Below, one piece after another: positions 9,973 to 18,040 of a stretch of DNA of 62,786 nt; position 1 is the first letter of the stretch, and the number at the start of each line of letters is the position of its first letter. The notes under the pieces are model-generated. The model had not been told where the DNA came from. It saw only the letters and a program-made list of their open reading frames with translations, and made no database searches. Position numbers and translations under genes: made by a program. Source of the DNA: Candidatus Magasanikiibacteriota bacterium (GTDB lineage: Bacteria > Patescibacteriota > Patescibacteriia > Magasanikbacterales > GWA2-37-8); assembly GCA_023246715.1 (NCBI GenBank), contig JAHFHZ010000002.1, positions 1-62,786 of the forward strand, read 5' to 3'.

Positions 9973-11100
9973 TTATTTAGTAATAATCGTATGATACGCC
10001 GTGGAGACAGCCTGGTCAACGGATACGTTCAGCCGGGTTTCAAGCGCCTCGACATGGCCAGTTTGGACACTGGTTTTGGGGTGTTTAGCCACGAATAAAC
10101 TACAACAATCTTCGTAGGGGCGCTCAGAAATAGCGAGCGTACCGATCCGTCGCGCCCAATCGGTAATTTCGCGCTTAGTGGTGCCAATAAGCGGCGACAG
10201 GATTAACAGCGCTGTAGCGCTATAAACCGCCGCCAAGTTGGAAAGCGTTTGCGACGCCACCTGCCCCAGGCTATCACCAGTCACCAACGCCTCAGCGCCA
10301 ATCCGCCGGGCAATTTGCGTAGCAATGCGCAGCATTACCCGCCGAGTGATCAACATCCGGTAGGTTGAGGGTATGTGCATAATCACCTGGCGCTGCATAT
10401 CGGCAAAAGGCACAATATAAAGTTCTACCTGTGGTTGGAAACGGGCGAGTGTTTTTGCCAGATCAATAATTTTTTCTGATACCGCGGCGGTAACCTGGGT
10501 TTGATTTTGAAAGTGCACCAGCACCACTTCGGCACCGCGCTTCATCAACGAGTAGCTAGCCACCGGACTATCGATGCCGCCAGAAAGAAGGCTAACGACT
10601 TTACCCGAACTGCCCGTAGGCAGCCCGCCAACACCACTCGTGGCAGCCATCGCGAGGACCGCCTCTTCACGGCCAATAAAAATTTCGATTTCTAATTCAA
10701 AATTTTTTAGATCAACTTTCCAGCCATACTGTTCATTAATAAACGCTCCGAGTTCACGAACGATTTGAAGTGAATTCAGTGCAAAAGATTTGTCGGAGCG
10801 CGAACAGGTCAGGCGGAACGATTGGGTTTTTGCGTTACGCAACAATTCGTTTAATCCATTCTTTATTTTTGCTATATCCGGCTGTACTAAAACAGCCTCA
10901 GCAACTTTGGCCACACCCGGGATAAGAGAGAGTTCACCGAGTGAGTCTGGTGAAATATCTTGCACAAAAAGGCCGCACGAAAGGCGGCGAGCACGACAAC
11001 CCGAAAATAACGCGCGGATATTGCGTAGTAATTGATCGACAAAATCAGACTGATTATTCCCTTTGAGCATCACTTCATCAAGCCGGAGCAGCGCGTTCAT
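9973..11100 (-). CDS. thiI: tRNA 4-thiouridine synthase ThiI (no rhodanese domain)
   Basis: PP-loop motif SGGIDSPVA, an N-terminal THUMP-like region, 375 aa. Confidence 0.85.
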   Translation of the reverse strand: MNALLRLDEVMLKGNNQSDFVDQLLRNIRALFSGCRARRLSCGLFVQDISPDSLGELSLIPGVAKVAEAVLVQPDIAKIKNGLNELLRNAKTQSFRLTCSRSDKSFALNSLQIVRELGAFINEQYGWKVDLKNFELEIEIFIGREEAVLAMAATSGVGGLPTGSSGKVVSLLSGGIDSPVASYSLMKRGAEVVLVHFQNQTQVTAAVSEKIIDLAKTLARFQPQVELYIVPFADMQRQVIMHIPSTYRMLITRRVMLRIATQIARRIGAEALVTGDSLGQVASQTLSNLAAVYSATALLILSPLIGTTKREITDWARRIGTLAISERPYEDCCSLFVAKHPKTSVQTGHVEALETRLNVSVDQAVSTAYHTIITK

Positions 11101-11105
11101 AGGCC

Positions 11106-11927
11106 TTAGATAATAATAACCGGAAAAATATTTTGGTTGATTCTAGCGAGCAGAGCCGCCGGATCAAGCGCGGATTGCAGACCTCTACCGAGCGCTTGGA
11201 TCAGCGCGGCGTCCGGGTTCAGCCCTAACGCCAGATTTTTATACTTCCCCAGATACATGAGCAAATTGGGCCAGAAAAAATGCAGATACCTATCCCCCTC
11301 CTGGCGAGTTGTTTGCAAACTCTGTAATAATTCCGTTTGCATTTCGGGCGCTATCTTGGTTACAGGGTCCACAAGCATTTGCCTGGTAGCGACGAGCTGG
11401 GGAGAAAGCCCTGATTCGTCTTTAGCAAACAGATAGCGGCGTGAAAAAAACTGCGGTGGCTGATTTTTGCTTATTAAAAACAATTGAGCAATAGCGAGTT
11501 GATGCGCGCTTTTCTGAAAGGCTCGCGTTTGTTCGGCTTGGTTCGCGGCGCAGCGCGATTTTAACAAATAATAGTAACCAAACTTAAGGGAATTACGAAA
11601 AATGATTGCTGCATTTAGCGCCGAAACATGACTTTGTCCAGAAACGTCGTGGCCATAGATGTAATACCAGCCGCGTTTAAAAAAACTACGCGGAACAAGC
11701 ATTACACTGATTGGCGCGGCAGGAAAAAGCGCTCGGACAGCAGCAAGTTGCCTCGCGTATTTTTTTCTTTGGAAAAAAGTTACCCACGAACAGAGGACGT
11801 AAAAATCGATATCGCTGTACTGCGTCGCCTCGCCATAGACATAACTCCCGCCCAAAAGGACGGGAGTATGACCGAATATTTTTTGAATTTGTTGATGTAA
11901 TTGAACAACAACCGGCTCGGTAAACAT
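11106..11927 (-). CDS. Pol-beta-superfamily nucleotidyltransferase domain protein
   Basis: N-terminal GGSYVYGEATQYSDIDFYV matches the G[GS]-x(9-13)-DxD NTase motif. The helical C-terminal half is unassigned. Confidence 0.5.
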   Translation of the reverse strand: MFTEPVVVQLHQQIQKIFGHTPVLLGGSYVYGEATQYSDIDFYVLCSWVTFFQRKKYARQLAAVRALFPAAPISVMLVPRSFFKRGWYYIYGHDVSGQSHVSALNAAIIFRNSLKFGYYYLLKSRCAANQAEQTRAFQKSAHQLAIAQLFLISKNQPPQFFSRRYLFAKDESGLSPQLVATRQMLVDPVTKIAPEMQTELLQSLQTTRQEGDRYLHFFWPNLLMYLGKYKNLALGLNPDAALIQALGRGLQSALDPAALLARINQNIFPVIII

Positions 11928-11935
11928 ACAAAAAC

Positions 11936-13186
11936 CTAGCGGCAGCGTTGATCGATTTCGTGGCGCACATTCTGAAGCGGAATCAATTCAGCCTCGCTCG
12001 CGGATCGTTCTTTGAACTCCGCAACGCCTTTTTCCAGGGTTCGCTTGGAAATCACCACGCGCAGCGGAAGCCCAAGCAAATCGGCATCGGCAAATTTTTC
12101 ACCAGCCGAAGCATTAGAACGATCATCATAGAGTACTTCGATTTTGGAACCAAGCAGTTGCTGATAAAGCTGTTCGGCCTCACGGAGCACTGCCTCATCA
12201 CTGCCAACCGCCACCAGGTGCAAGGCATACGGGGCTACGGAACGGGGCCAGATAATTCCTTTATCGTCGTTAAAAATTTCCACGAGCGTTCCCATTAAAC
12301 GTGAAACCCCGATGCCGTAACAACCCATTAAAATCGGCTGGAGAGCGCCGGATTCATCGGCGTATTTGAATTTGAACGCGTCGGTAAAGCGCGTTTTCAG
12401 ATCGAAGATGTTGCCAACCTCGATGGCTTTTACCGGGGTGAGGTTGGGATTTTGGCAGGTGGGGCAGAAATTATGTTCGTCGATAATTTCTTTATTTACG
12501 GCCACGCGGCATTTTGAGCACAAATAAACGGTGTCTTCGCCAATCTCGCAGAGAGCCTGGAATTCGTGAGAGTAACGACTGAACACCCCACCGGAGGCAT
12601 AGGTTAAAACCACCCGGTCACCCAGGCCGAGGCGCTCGTAGACTTTGAAATAGGCCGTTTGGACGGTTTCGTAATATTTTTTAAAATCTGTTTCGGTCGC
12701 ATGAAAGGAATATAAATCCTTCATGTTAAATTCGCGCCCACGGAGTAACCCAGATTTGGCGCGAGGTTCGTTGCGGAATTTGTTTTGAATCTGGTACACC
12801 GCAAGGGGCAAATCACGATACGAAAAAGCGTAAGTCTTTACCAGCGGGGTAATGACGTTTTCATGCGACTGATTAATGACCAATTTACTACCGCCGTGAC
12901 CAGTGAGGTGGAACAAAATATCGATGGCATCCTGGCCCGAGATGGCATAATTTTCTTCCTGAGTAAGGGTGGGCATGAGCACTTCGTTGGCGCCAAGCGC
13001 ATTCATTTCTTCACGGATGATGTTCTGAATTTTGGTCAACACGCGTAAACCGAGCGGCAAATAATTATATACTCCGGCCATTTGCTTGTTGATAAAGCCT
13101 CCTTTGGTAAGGAGTTCGGCGTTTTTGCTGTCGGCGTCGGCGGGAGCAGATTTGGTAGTTTTGGCAAAGATTCGGGAATAACGCAT
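11936..13186 (-). CDS. proS: Proline--tRNA ligase, minimal form lacking the INS editing domain
   Basis: Class II motif 2 (FRNEPRAKSGLLRGREFNMKD) and motif 3 (GCYGIGVSRL), with a bacterial-type N-terminus MRYSRIFAKTTK. The start is taken at the ATG at 13186. Confidence 0.88.
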   Translation of the reverse strand: MRYSRIFAKTTKSAPADADSKNAELLTKGGFINKQMAGVYNYLPLGLRVLTKIQNIIREEMNALGANEVLMPTLTQEENYAISGQDAIDILFHLTGHGGSKLVINQSHENVITPLVKTYAFSYRDLPLAVYQIQNKFRNEPRAKSGLLRGREFNMKDLYSFHATETDFKKYYETVQTAYFKVYERLGLGDRVVLTYASGGVFSRYSHEFQALCEIGEDTVYLCSKCRVAVNKEIIDEHNFCPTCQNPNLTPVKAIEVGNIFDLKTRFTDAFKFKYADESGALQPILMGCYGIGVSRLMGTLVEIFNDDKGIIWPRSVAPYALHLVAVGSDEAVLREAEQLYQQLLGSKIEVLYDDRSNASAGEKFADADLLGLPLRVVISKRTLEKGVAEFKERSASEAELIPLQNVRHEIDQRCR

Positions 13187-13300
13187 AGTATAAAATCTAG
13201 AATAATCTTTAATTCTCATGACGAGGCCGGATCAGTCCAGGGGATTGCCGCGTCGGCTTGCCCCGCCCCGGCGGGATAAACTCGCCTCCTCGCAATGACA

Positions 13301-14302
13301 CTATTTTTTTAGCGTGGTAATCGGCCGGCTCTGGGTTATAAAAAATTGGTTATTGGCAAAAGCCCATTCAATATCGCACGGGAATCCGTAATGCTGTTCA
13401 ATCTGGCAGCACAGTTTAGCCAGCTCTAACACTTGCGGAGCGGATAGTTTTTGCTTGGAGCCTTCGGCTTCGGAAAGCTCGATCCAGTGATTAATTTCCC
13501 CGTCTTTGAGCTGGCCCGCGCCATGCACGAGGTGTTTATTTTGCGTACTGACGTAGACATCCATCAGCTCCATTTTCTTTTTACTCACGATATAGCTATC
13601 GGGCGTAATCTGCCCGCTGACGATTGCTTCACCCAGGCCGAAACCCGCTTCGATGATGAGCTGATCGTAATCTTCGGTGACCGGGTGCACCGTAAAGCAG
13701 ATGCCCGAAATTTCGGACTGCACCATTTGCTGCACCACCACGGCTACCGAGACCTGCGTGTCGATCAGATTTTTTTCGTGGCGGTAAAAAATCGCTCGGG
13801 GAGTGAACAGCGAACTCCAGCATTTTTTAACCATCTCGGCCACGTTTTCGCGAGTGGTATTAAGATACGTTTCCAGCTCTCCCGCCCAGCTAGCGATTTC
13901 GGAATCTTCGGCCGTGGCGCTGGAGCGTACCGCCACGTGCTCGGCGCCCAGCTGGTCGAAGGCAACCAGAATTTCGGCGGTTAAATCCGCAGGCATCGCC
14001 CGGTCGTGAATCACATCGCGCAAAATATTGCTGGCGCGATCAACGGAATTCGTATCGGCCGGGTTAACTTCGGCCAAGCGCGCGGCAATTTCTTCTTTCA
14101 GTTCGGTCTCTTCGATAAAGCGATCAAAGGCACTGGCTAACACAATAAAACCCGGCGGAACACTAATTCCGGCCTGGGTCATTTCGCCAAGTGAAGCGCC
14201 TTTGCCCCCGGCGATAGCGACATCGGTTTTGGAAATATCTTTGAAAAATTTTAAATGAGGCATAACAGGGCTTAGCTTAGCACTGGGGATAAAAAGTTTC
14301 AA
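13301..14302 (-). CDS. Stand-alone PEP/pyruvate-binding (PPDK_N) ATP-grasp module of the PpsA family
   Basis: N-terminal DVAIAGGKGASLGEMTQAGISVPPGFIV and C-terminal FFITQSRPIT are the typical ends of the PpsA/PPDK nucleotide-binding domain. The ORF stops there (333 aa), with no swivel or TIM-barrel domain. Confidence 0.85.
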   Translation of the reverse strand: MKLFIPSAKLSPVMPHLKFFKDISKTDVAIAGGKGASLGEMTQAGISVPPGFIVLASAFDRFIEETELKEEIAARLAEVNPADTNSVDRASNILRDVIHDRAMPADLTAEILVAFDQLGAEHVAVRSSATAEDSEIASWAGELETYLNTTRENVAEMVKKCWSSLFTPRAIFYRHEKNLIDTQVSVAVVVQQMVQSEISGICFTVHPVTEDYDQLIIEAGFGLGEAIVSGQITPDSYIVSKKKMELMDVYVSTQNKHLVHGAGQLKDGEINHWIELSEAEGSKQKLSAPQVLELAKLCCQIEQHYGFPCDIEWAFANNQFFITQSRPITTLKK

Positions 14303-14319
14303 TCCTGGCTATAAAAAAA

Positions 14320-14535
14320 TTAATTTACCACTACGATTCCGTCATCACCATTCAATTCCACCATTTGCCCCTCGCGCACGTGTTCTAAAAAATTTTCCGG
14401 CAACCCGACAACTGCTGGTTTATTATTTTCGCGCGCGGTGATCGCGGCATGACTGGTAACCCCGCCGTGCACGACGATAACACCTTTAACCATTGCGGCT
14501 AAGGCAGCGCTCGGCTTTACCTTGTCCAAAACCAC
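14320..14535 (-). CDS. PEP-utilizer mobile (swivel) domain fragment, C-terminal half only; possible gene remnant
   Basis: 71-aa ORF containing GGVTSHAAITARENNKPAVVG. It lacks the upstream G-x-A-x-G...ILV...T-P half seen in the four full paralogs. Confidence 0.55.
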   Translation of the reverse strand: MVLDKVKPSAALAAMVKGVIVVHGGVTSHAAITARENNKPAVVGLPENFLEHVREGQMVELNGDDGIVVVN

Positions 14536-14540
14536 AAAGT

Positions 14541-14592
14541 GAAAGATGCTCTAGTTATCTTTAGAGTTAAAAAGCGCACTAGAGCATCTTTC
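14541..14592. repeat. Perfect 15-bp inverted repeat with a 22-nt loop
   Basis: gaaagatgctctagt (14541-14555) is the exact reverse complement of actagagcatctttc (14578-14592). It lies between the swivel fragment start and the high-GC cassette. Confidence 0.8.
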
Positions 14593-14655
14593 AACGGCTT
14601 GGTTAGGAAGTAAGGGTTGAATTCCCTTGAGCTGGCTAAGCAGACAGGAGCGTTC

Positions 14656-15270
14656 ATGAAGATCAGGTGGACTGTGATACCCCATGGCCGAAAGAAGGCG
14701 GTGCGGGACCTGGCCCCAGGCACCGACCCGAGCAATCCGCCCCTCACCGATGAGGCGCGGCGTGACGCGGCGACTCTTGCTGAGACGCTCGCCGAGCTGC
14801 ACGGGCGGCCGGACATCATTTTCGTGTCTACTCGCATTCGGGCCCAGCAGACGGCAGAGCGCGCCATCGAGCTCTTTGGCCGGCACGAGCTCGACGGCTG
14901 CCCGGTCGTGGCGATCAACCTGCTCGGACAGCCCGACAGCGGGGACCTCGACCGCAGCCACCCCCAGGCGGATGCCGACGGACTGGTGTGCTACGGGCAG
15001 CGGACGAACGACCCCCAGTGGCTCGATTGGACCCGTCAGGCCCGACGCCTGATGATCGGCATGATCGGGGAAATGTTCGAACCGCCCCGGCCGCTCCAGG
15101 CCTGGGTCTTCGGGCACCGCCCGACCGCTGGCGCCTTCCGCTGGCTCGCCACCAACGGGCCCAACCAGCTCCCGGCCGACGGCGAGCTGAAGGTCCTCGA
15201 CCCCTGTCTGCTGCCGTATCTCTTCTTCGCCGAGAGCGAGGTGGGGGGCCTGCGGCTCATCCCGCGCTAG
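14656..15270 (+). CDS. Histidine phosphatase superfamily protein (SixA/PGM branch) on a high-GC cassette
   Basis: Ordered blocks IRWTVIPHGRK, PLTDEARRDAATLAETL, IFVSTRIRAQQTAERA and VFGHRPT match the branch-1 histidine phosphatase layout. An AGGAG lies 7 nt upstream of the ATG at 14656. It is the only plus-strand gene in a 25-kb minus-strand run. Confidence 0.65.
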   Translation: MKIRWTVIPHGRKKAVRDLAPGTDPSNPPLTDEARRDAATLAETLAELHGRPDIIFVSTRIRAQQTAERAIELFGRHELDGCPVVAINLLGQPDSGDLDRSHPQADADGLVCYGQRTNDPQWLDWTRQARRLMIGMIGEMFEPPRPLQAWVFGHRPTAGAFRWLATNGPNQLPADGELKVLDPCLLPYLFFAESEVGGLRLIPR

Positions 15271-15322
15271 CCAGAGCCTGAAGAACGCCCTTCTCTACCA
15301 CTTCTGACCCTCAACGCGCACT

Positions 15323-15349
15323 GCCCTCCCGGAACTCTACCGGGAGGGC
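15323..15349 (+). terminator. GC-rich hairpin downstream of the phosphatase gene
   Basis: gccctcccgg / ccgggagggc form a 10-bp stem with a 7-nt loop, followed by ttctgcatttt. It also lies 10 nt past the stop of the minus-strand gene 15359-16453. Confidence 0.5.
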
Positions 15350-15358
15350 TTCTGCATT

Positions 15359-16453
15359 TTAAGCGGGAGTTAATTTTCTAATTGTGCCAGTGGCGGCATC
15401 AACTTCAACGAGTTCGCCATCTTTAAAAACATGCGTGGCGTGCTTGGTGCCAATTATGCAAGGCTTCTGCAACTCACGCGCGACAATAGCCGCGTGACAG
15501 AGTAATCCTCCTTCGTTGGTAACAAAAGCGGCCGCCCGCTTCATGATGGGCAAATAGCTGGGATCGGTCATTTGCGAAACAATTATTTCACCATCTTTAA
15601 AATTTTCCATATCCTGGCGGGCGCGGACAACACGCACATACCCCGTGACGAGACCAGGGAAAGCGGTTTGGCCTTTGAGCTCGCTCAGTCCTTCGAGTTC
15701 GTCGCCGGGGCTAGCCAATAGTTTTTGCTCTTCAATGATCCGAAGCGCTTGGTCACCAGCAGCCAACTCCACCTGCCCGATAGCGTACTGCCGTACATAC
15801 AAGGCGCGTTTACGCTCACGCAACATCGCCGGGCTTGGCAACACCGCGCCAGTGGTTATGTAGGCCGCCAGTTCACGCCCCAGCAAATAGCACAATTCCT
15901 CCCCAGTGTAAGCAGGTAATTTATTTTTTGCGAGCCAGGCAGTATAGCGCGGGATGAACTTCATTTCGCCGTCTTTATAAATTACCTCGCCGCGGCGACG
16001 AATTTTGGTAGCCCAGTCAATATATGCTTGCTGTATTTCTTTGGGCAACACGCCCACAAAATCAGCTGAATCCATTCCGGCATACGCAATCGGAAACAAT
16101 TCCTGGTACCAGCGGTAAAAATCCAAAAAAGTGTCTAGGCTAAAATTTGCATCATCCTGGTAAATGACCTCTTCATAGCGCGACACTTCGGCATCAAACC
16201 AATCAAAACTGGTTACCAAATTTACCTGGCCATTTTTTACTTTATTTAAAAACAGCGTGCTCACCCGTTCACGGTCCCCTATTGCCTGAAAATGAAAATA
16301 CACACCTTCTTTCACCACCGAAGGCAGCTCCACGAATGTTCCGCCGTAGGCTTCGTTTAAAATCGCCCCCGTCATCGCTTCAACCACCGAGGTAATACCA
16401 AGAATGGTATACTCCCGGCGATGACGTTCATATTTGATTTTGGACATATGCAA
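15359..16453 (-). CDS. Swivel-domain protein paralog C (unknown N-domain + C-terminal PEP-utilizer mobile domain)
   Basis: The C-terminal ~100 aa read LKGQTAFPGLVTG...IIVSQMTDPSYLPIMKRAAAFVTNEGGLLCHAAIVARELQKPCIIG. The N-terminal ~260 aa are unrecognised. Confidence 0.8.
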   Translation of the reverse strand: MHMSKIKYERHRREYTILGITSVVEAMTGAILNEAYGGTFVELPSVVKEGVYFHFQAIGDRERVSTLFLNKVKNGQVNLVTSFDWFDAEVSRYEEVIYQDDANFSLDTFLDFYRWYQELFPIAYAGMDSADFVGVLPKEIQQAYIDWATKIRRRGEVIYKDGEMKFIPRYTAWLAKNKLPAYTGEELCYLLGRELAAYITTGAVLPSPAMLRERKRALYVRQYAIGQVELAAGDQALRIIEEQKLLASPGDELEGLSELKGQTAFPGLVTGYVRVVRARQDMENFKDGEIIVSQMTDPSYLPIMKRAAAFVTNEGGLLCHAAIVARELQKPCIIGTKHATHVFKDGELVEVDAATGTIRKLTPA

Positions 16454-16457
16454 ATTG

Positions 16458-18002
16458 TTAAGACACTTTTCTAATTAGGCCTTTGGTCGCGTCAACTTCA
16501 ACTTGTTCTCCACTCACAAAAACGGCCATGGCTTTCTTGGCGCCCACAATGCAGGGAATACCCAGTTCGCGCGATACGATGGCGGCGTGACTGGTGACGC
16601 CGCCCTGCTCGGCCACCACGGCGGCCGCCTTTTTCATGAGTGGCACGAAATCCGGGGTGGTTTGATTGGTAATCAAAATCTCTCCGGCCTGAAATTGATG
16701 AAATTGGTCGCTGCCCAAAATAATCCGCGCGGTGCCCGTTACTTTGCCAGGCGAAGCAGTCATGCCTTTGAGTTCCTGCAGGCCGGAGAGATCGGGGAAA
16801 AAATTACTTAAATCAAGGTCTTTTAATTCATCGCGCAGGAAAATGGCATACCCTTGAGAGTCAAAAACAGCCAGGCAGCCGGCGCGGCGCTCGACGGTAA
16901 TATGTTGCCAGCGGGCAGGGTCTTGTAAAAATTCCTCAAGCTCGTTGAACATCACGTACTGAATCAGCTCGGGGTCAAACTGCACCAACTCGGCCAAGCG
17001 GCCCAGATAATTAATATTAAAGTGATTCAAACGAAGCACGGCCTGCTTGCGGCAATCTTGGATAAAAGTACAATCATCGGCGAATTGGACAAAAGATCGC
17101 AGCAGTGGGGTGGCGGATATTTTTTGAAACACATTTTCTTTGGCAATAACCGCCCGATGTAAGCGCTCTTGTTCTTCGGCGTATTTATGTTCAGCATCAC
17201 TCAGATTGTTTATTTCTGCGCGGACCTGTTTGGCTGTTTTGGGAAGGGCTTTGAGATAGTTATTTTCTACCCAATAATACTCCCGGACAATTTGCTCAAT
17301 CCCCGCGGCAATGTCTACCCCCTGATTCTGGCGGCAGCGCTCCGCAAGCAAACGCAACGCGTAGGAATTAACAAAGCTGCGGTGAGTGGGGGCGCGCAAT
17401 ATTTCAACATCATCTGGCGCCAACGCTTGGCCAGCGTATTTATTGACGTGATTTTTAAACCAATCGTCGTCGGAAAAACTTAATAAACAATCTACGGTAT
17501 AGCCCATCCCCTGCTCCCCAGCAGCGTTAATTAACTCGAGGAGATGTTGAACGATTTGCGCCGGAGTAAAATCTTCGAGCCGCAGCTCTTCTTCGGCGCG
17601 GGCGCGCTCATCAAACACCGCAAAACCCTGTTGATACATTTGATACAATTTTTTACCGAACTCAAGATCCTTTTCGAGAGCGGCAAATAGCTGAGCGCGC
17701 GTGGCCTGCATTTCTTTTACCGACCACTGCCAATCAAATTCGCGATCAACAACAAAGTTTTGAAACGACATCCCGTGCGGCATGCTACCAGGAATCTTTT
17801 GAGGCGCTCGAAAAATAGCGAAGTATTCTTGCACAAAAATCGGCATCATGTATGAGCCATAGTGTTTGCTGAAAAAACCCTCGTGAAGGTGTTTTTCCAA
17901 ATACGCGCGCAGACGTGTTCGATCGGCTGGCGTAGACGCGGGGATCATAAGGGGAATTTTTATTCTAAAACTTCGGGAAACAAGGTATTGGCTATGTCCC
18001 AC
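16458..18002 (-). CDS. Swivel-domain protein paralog A (unknown N-domain + C-terminal PEP-utilizer mobile domain)
   Basis: The C-terminus reads LKGMTASPGKVTG...ILITNQTTPDFVPLMKKAAAVVAEQGGVTSHAAIVSRELGIPCIVG. The N-domain carries YYWVENNY. An alternative start is possible at the internal MIPAS. Confidence 0.8.
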   Translation of the reverse strand: MGHSQYLVSRSFRIKIPLMIPASTPADRTRLRAYLEKHLHEGFFSKHYGSYMMPIFVQEYFAIFRAPQKIPGSMPHGMSFQNFVVDREFDWQWSVKEMQATRAQLFAALEKDLEFGKKLYQMYQQGFAVFDERARAEEELRLEDFTPAQIVQHLLELINAAGEQGMGYTVDCLLSFSDDDWFKNHVNKYAGQALAPDDVEILRAPTHRSFVNSYALRLLAERCRQNQGVDIAAGIEQIVREYYWVENNYLKALPKTAKQVRAEINNLSDAEHKYAEEQERLHRAVIAKENVFQKISATPLLRSFVQFADDCTFIQDCRKQAVLRLNHFNINYLGRLAELVQFDPELIQYVMFNELEEFLQDPARWQHITVERRAGCLAVFDSQGYAIFLRDELKDLDLSNFFPDLSGLQELKGMTASPGKVTGTARIILGSDQFHQFQAGEILITNQTTPDFVPLMKKAAAVVAEQGGVTSHAAIVSRELGIPCIVGAKKAMAVFVSGEQVEVDATKGLIRKVS

Positions 18003-18040
18003 AGATACTAAACACTACTTGAGCCAGTCATAATAAATAT

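Noticed and set aside
13187-13300. A GC-rich structured intergenic region upstream of proS. I considered a T-box or other leader, or a third degenerate copy of the MITE family (it ends in ...cctcgcaatgaca and begins gggattgccgcg).
   Set aside because: About 114 nt is too short for a T-box, and I see no specifier or T-box sequence. Similarity to the MITE arm is limited to the gatt...aatgaca ends. It is more simply the terminator region of the upstream ATP-grasp gene.
14517-15281. Five overlapping ORFs of 74-188 aa on both strands (14517-14918, 14551-15117, 14684-15052, 14988-15281, 15036-15260).
   Set aside because: They all lie inside the ~70% GC cassette, where stop codons are rare in every frame. 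Their translations are Arg/Pro/Ala-rich low complexity. Only the 14656-15270 plus-strand frame has ordered family motifs, an SD and a terminator.
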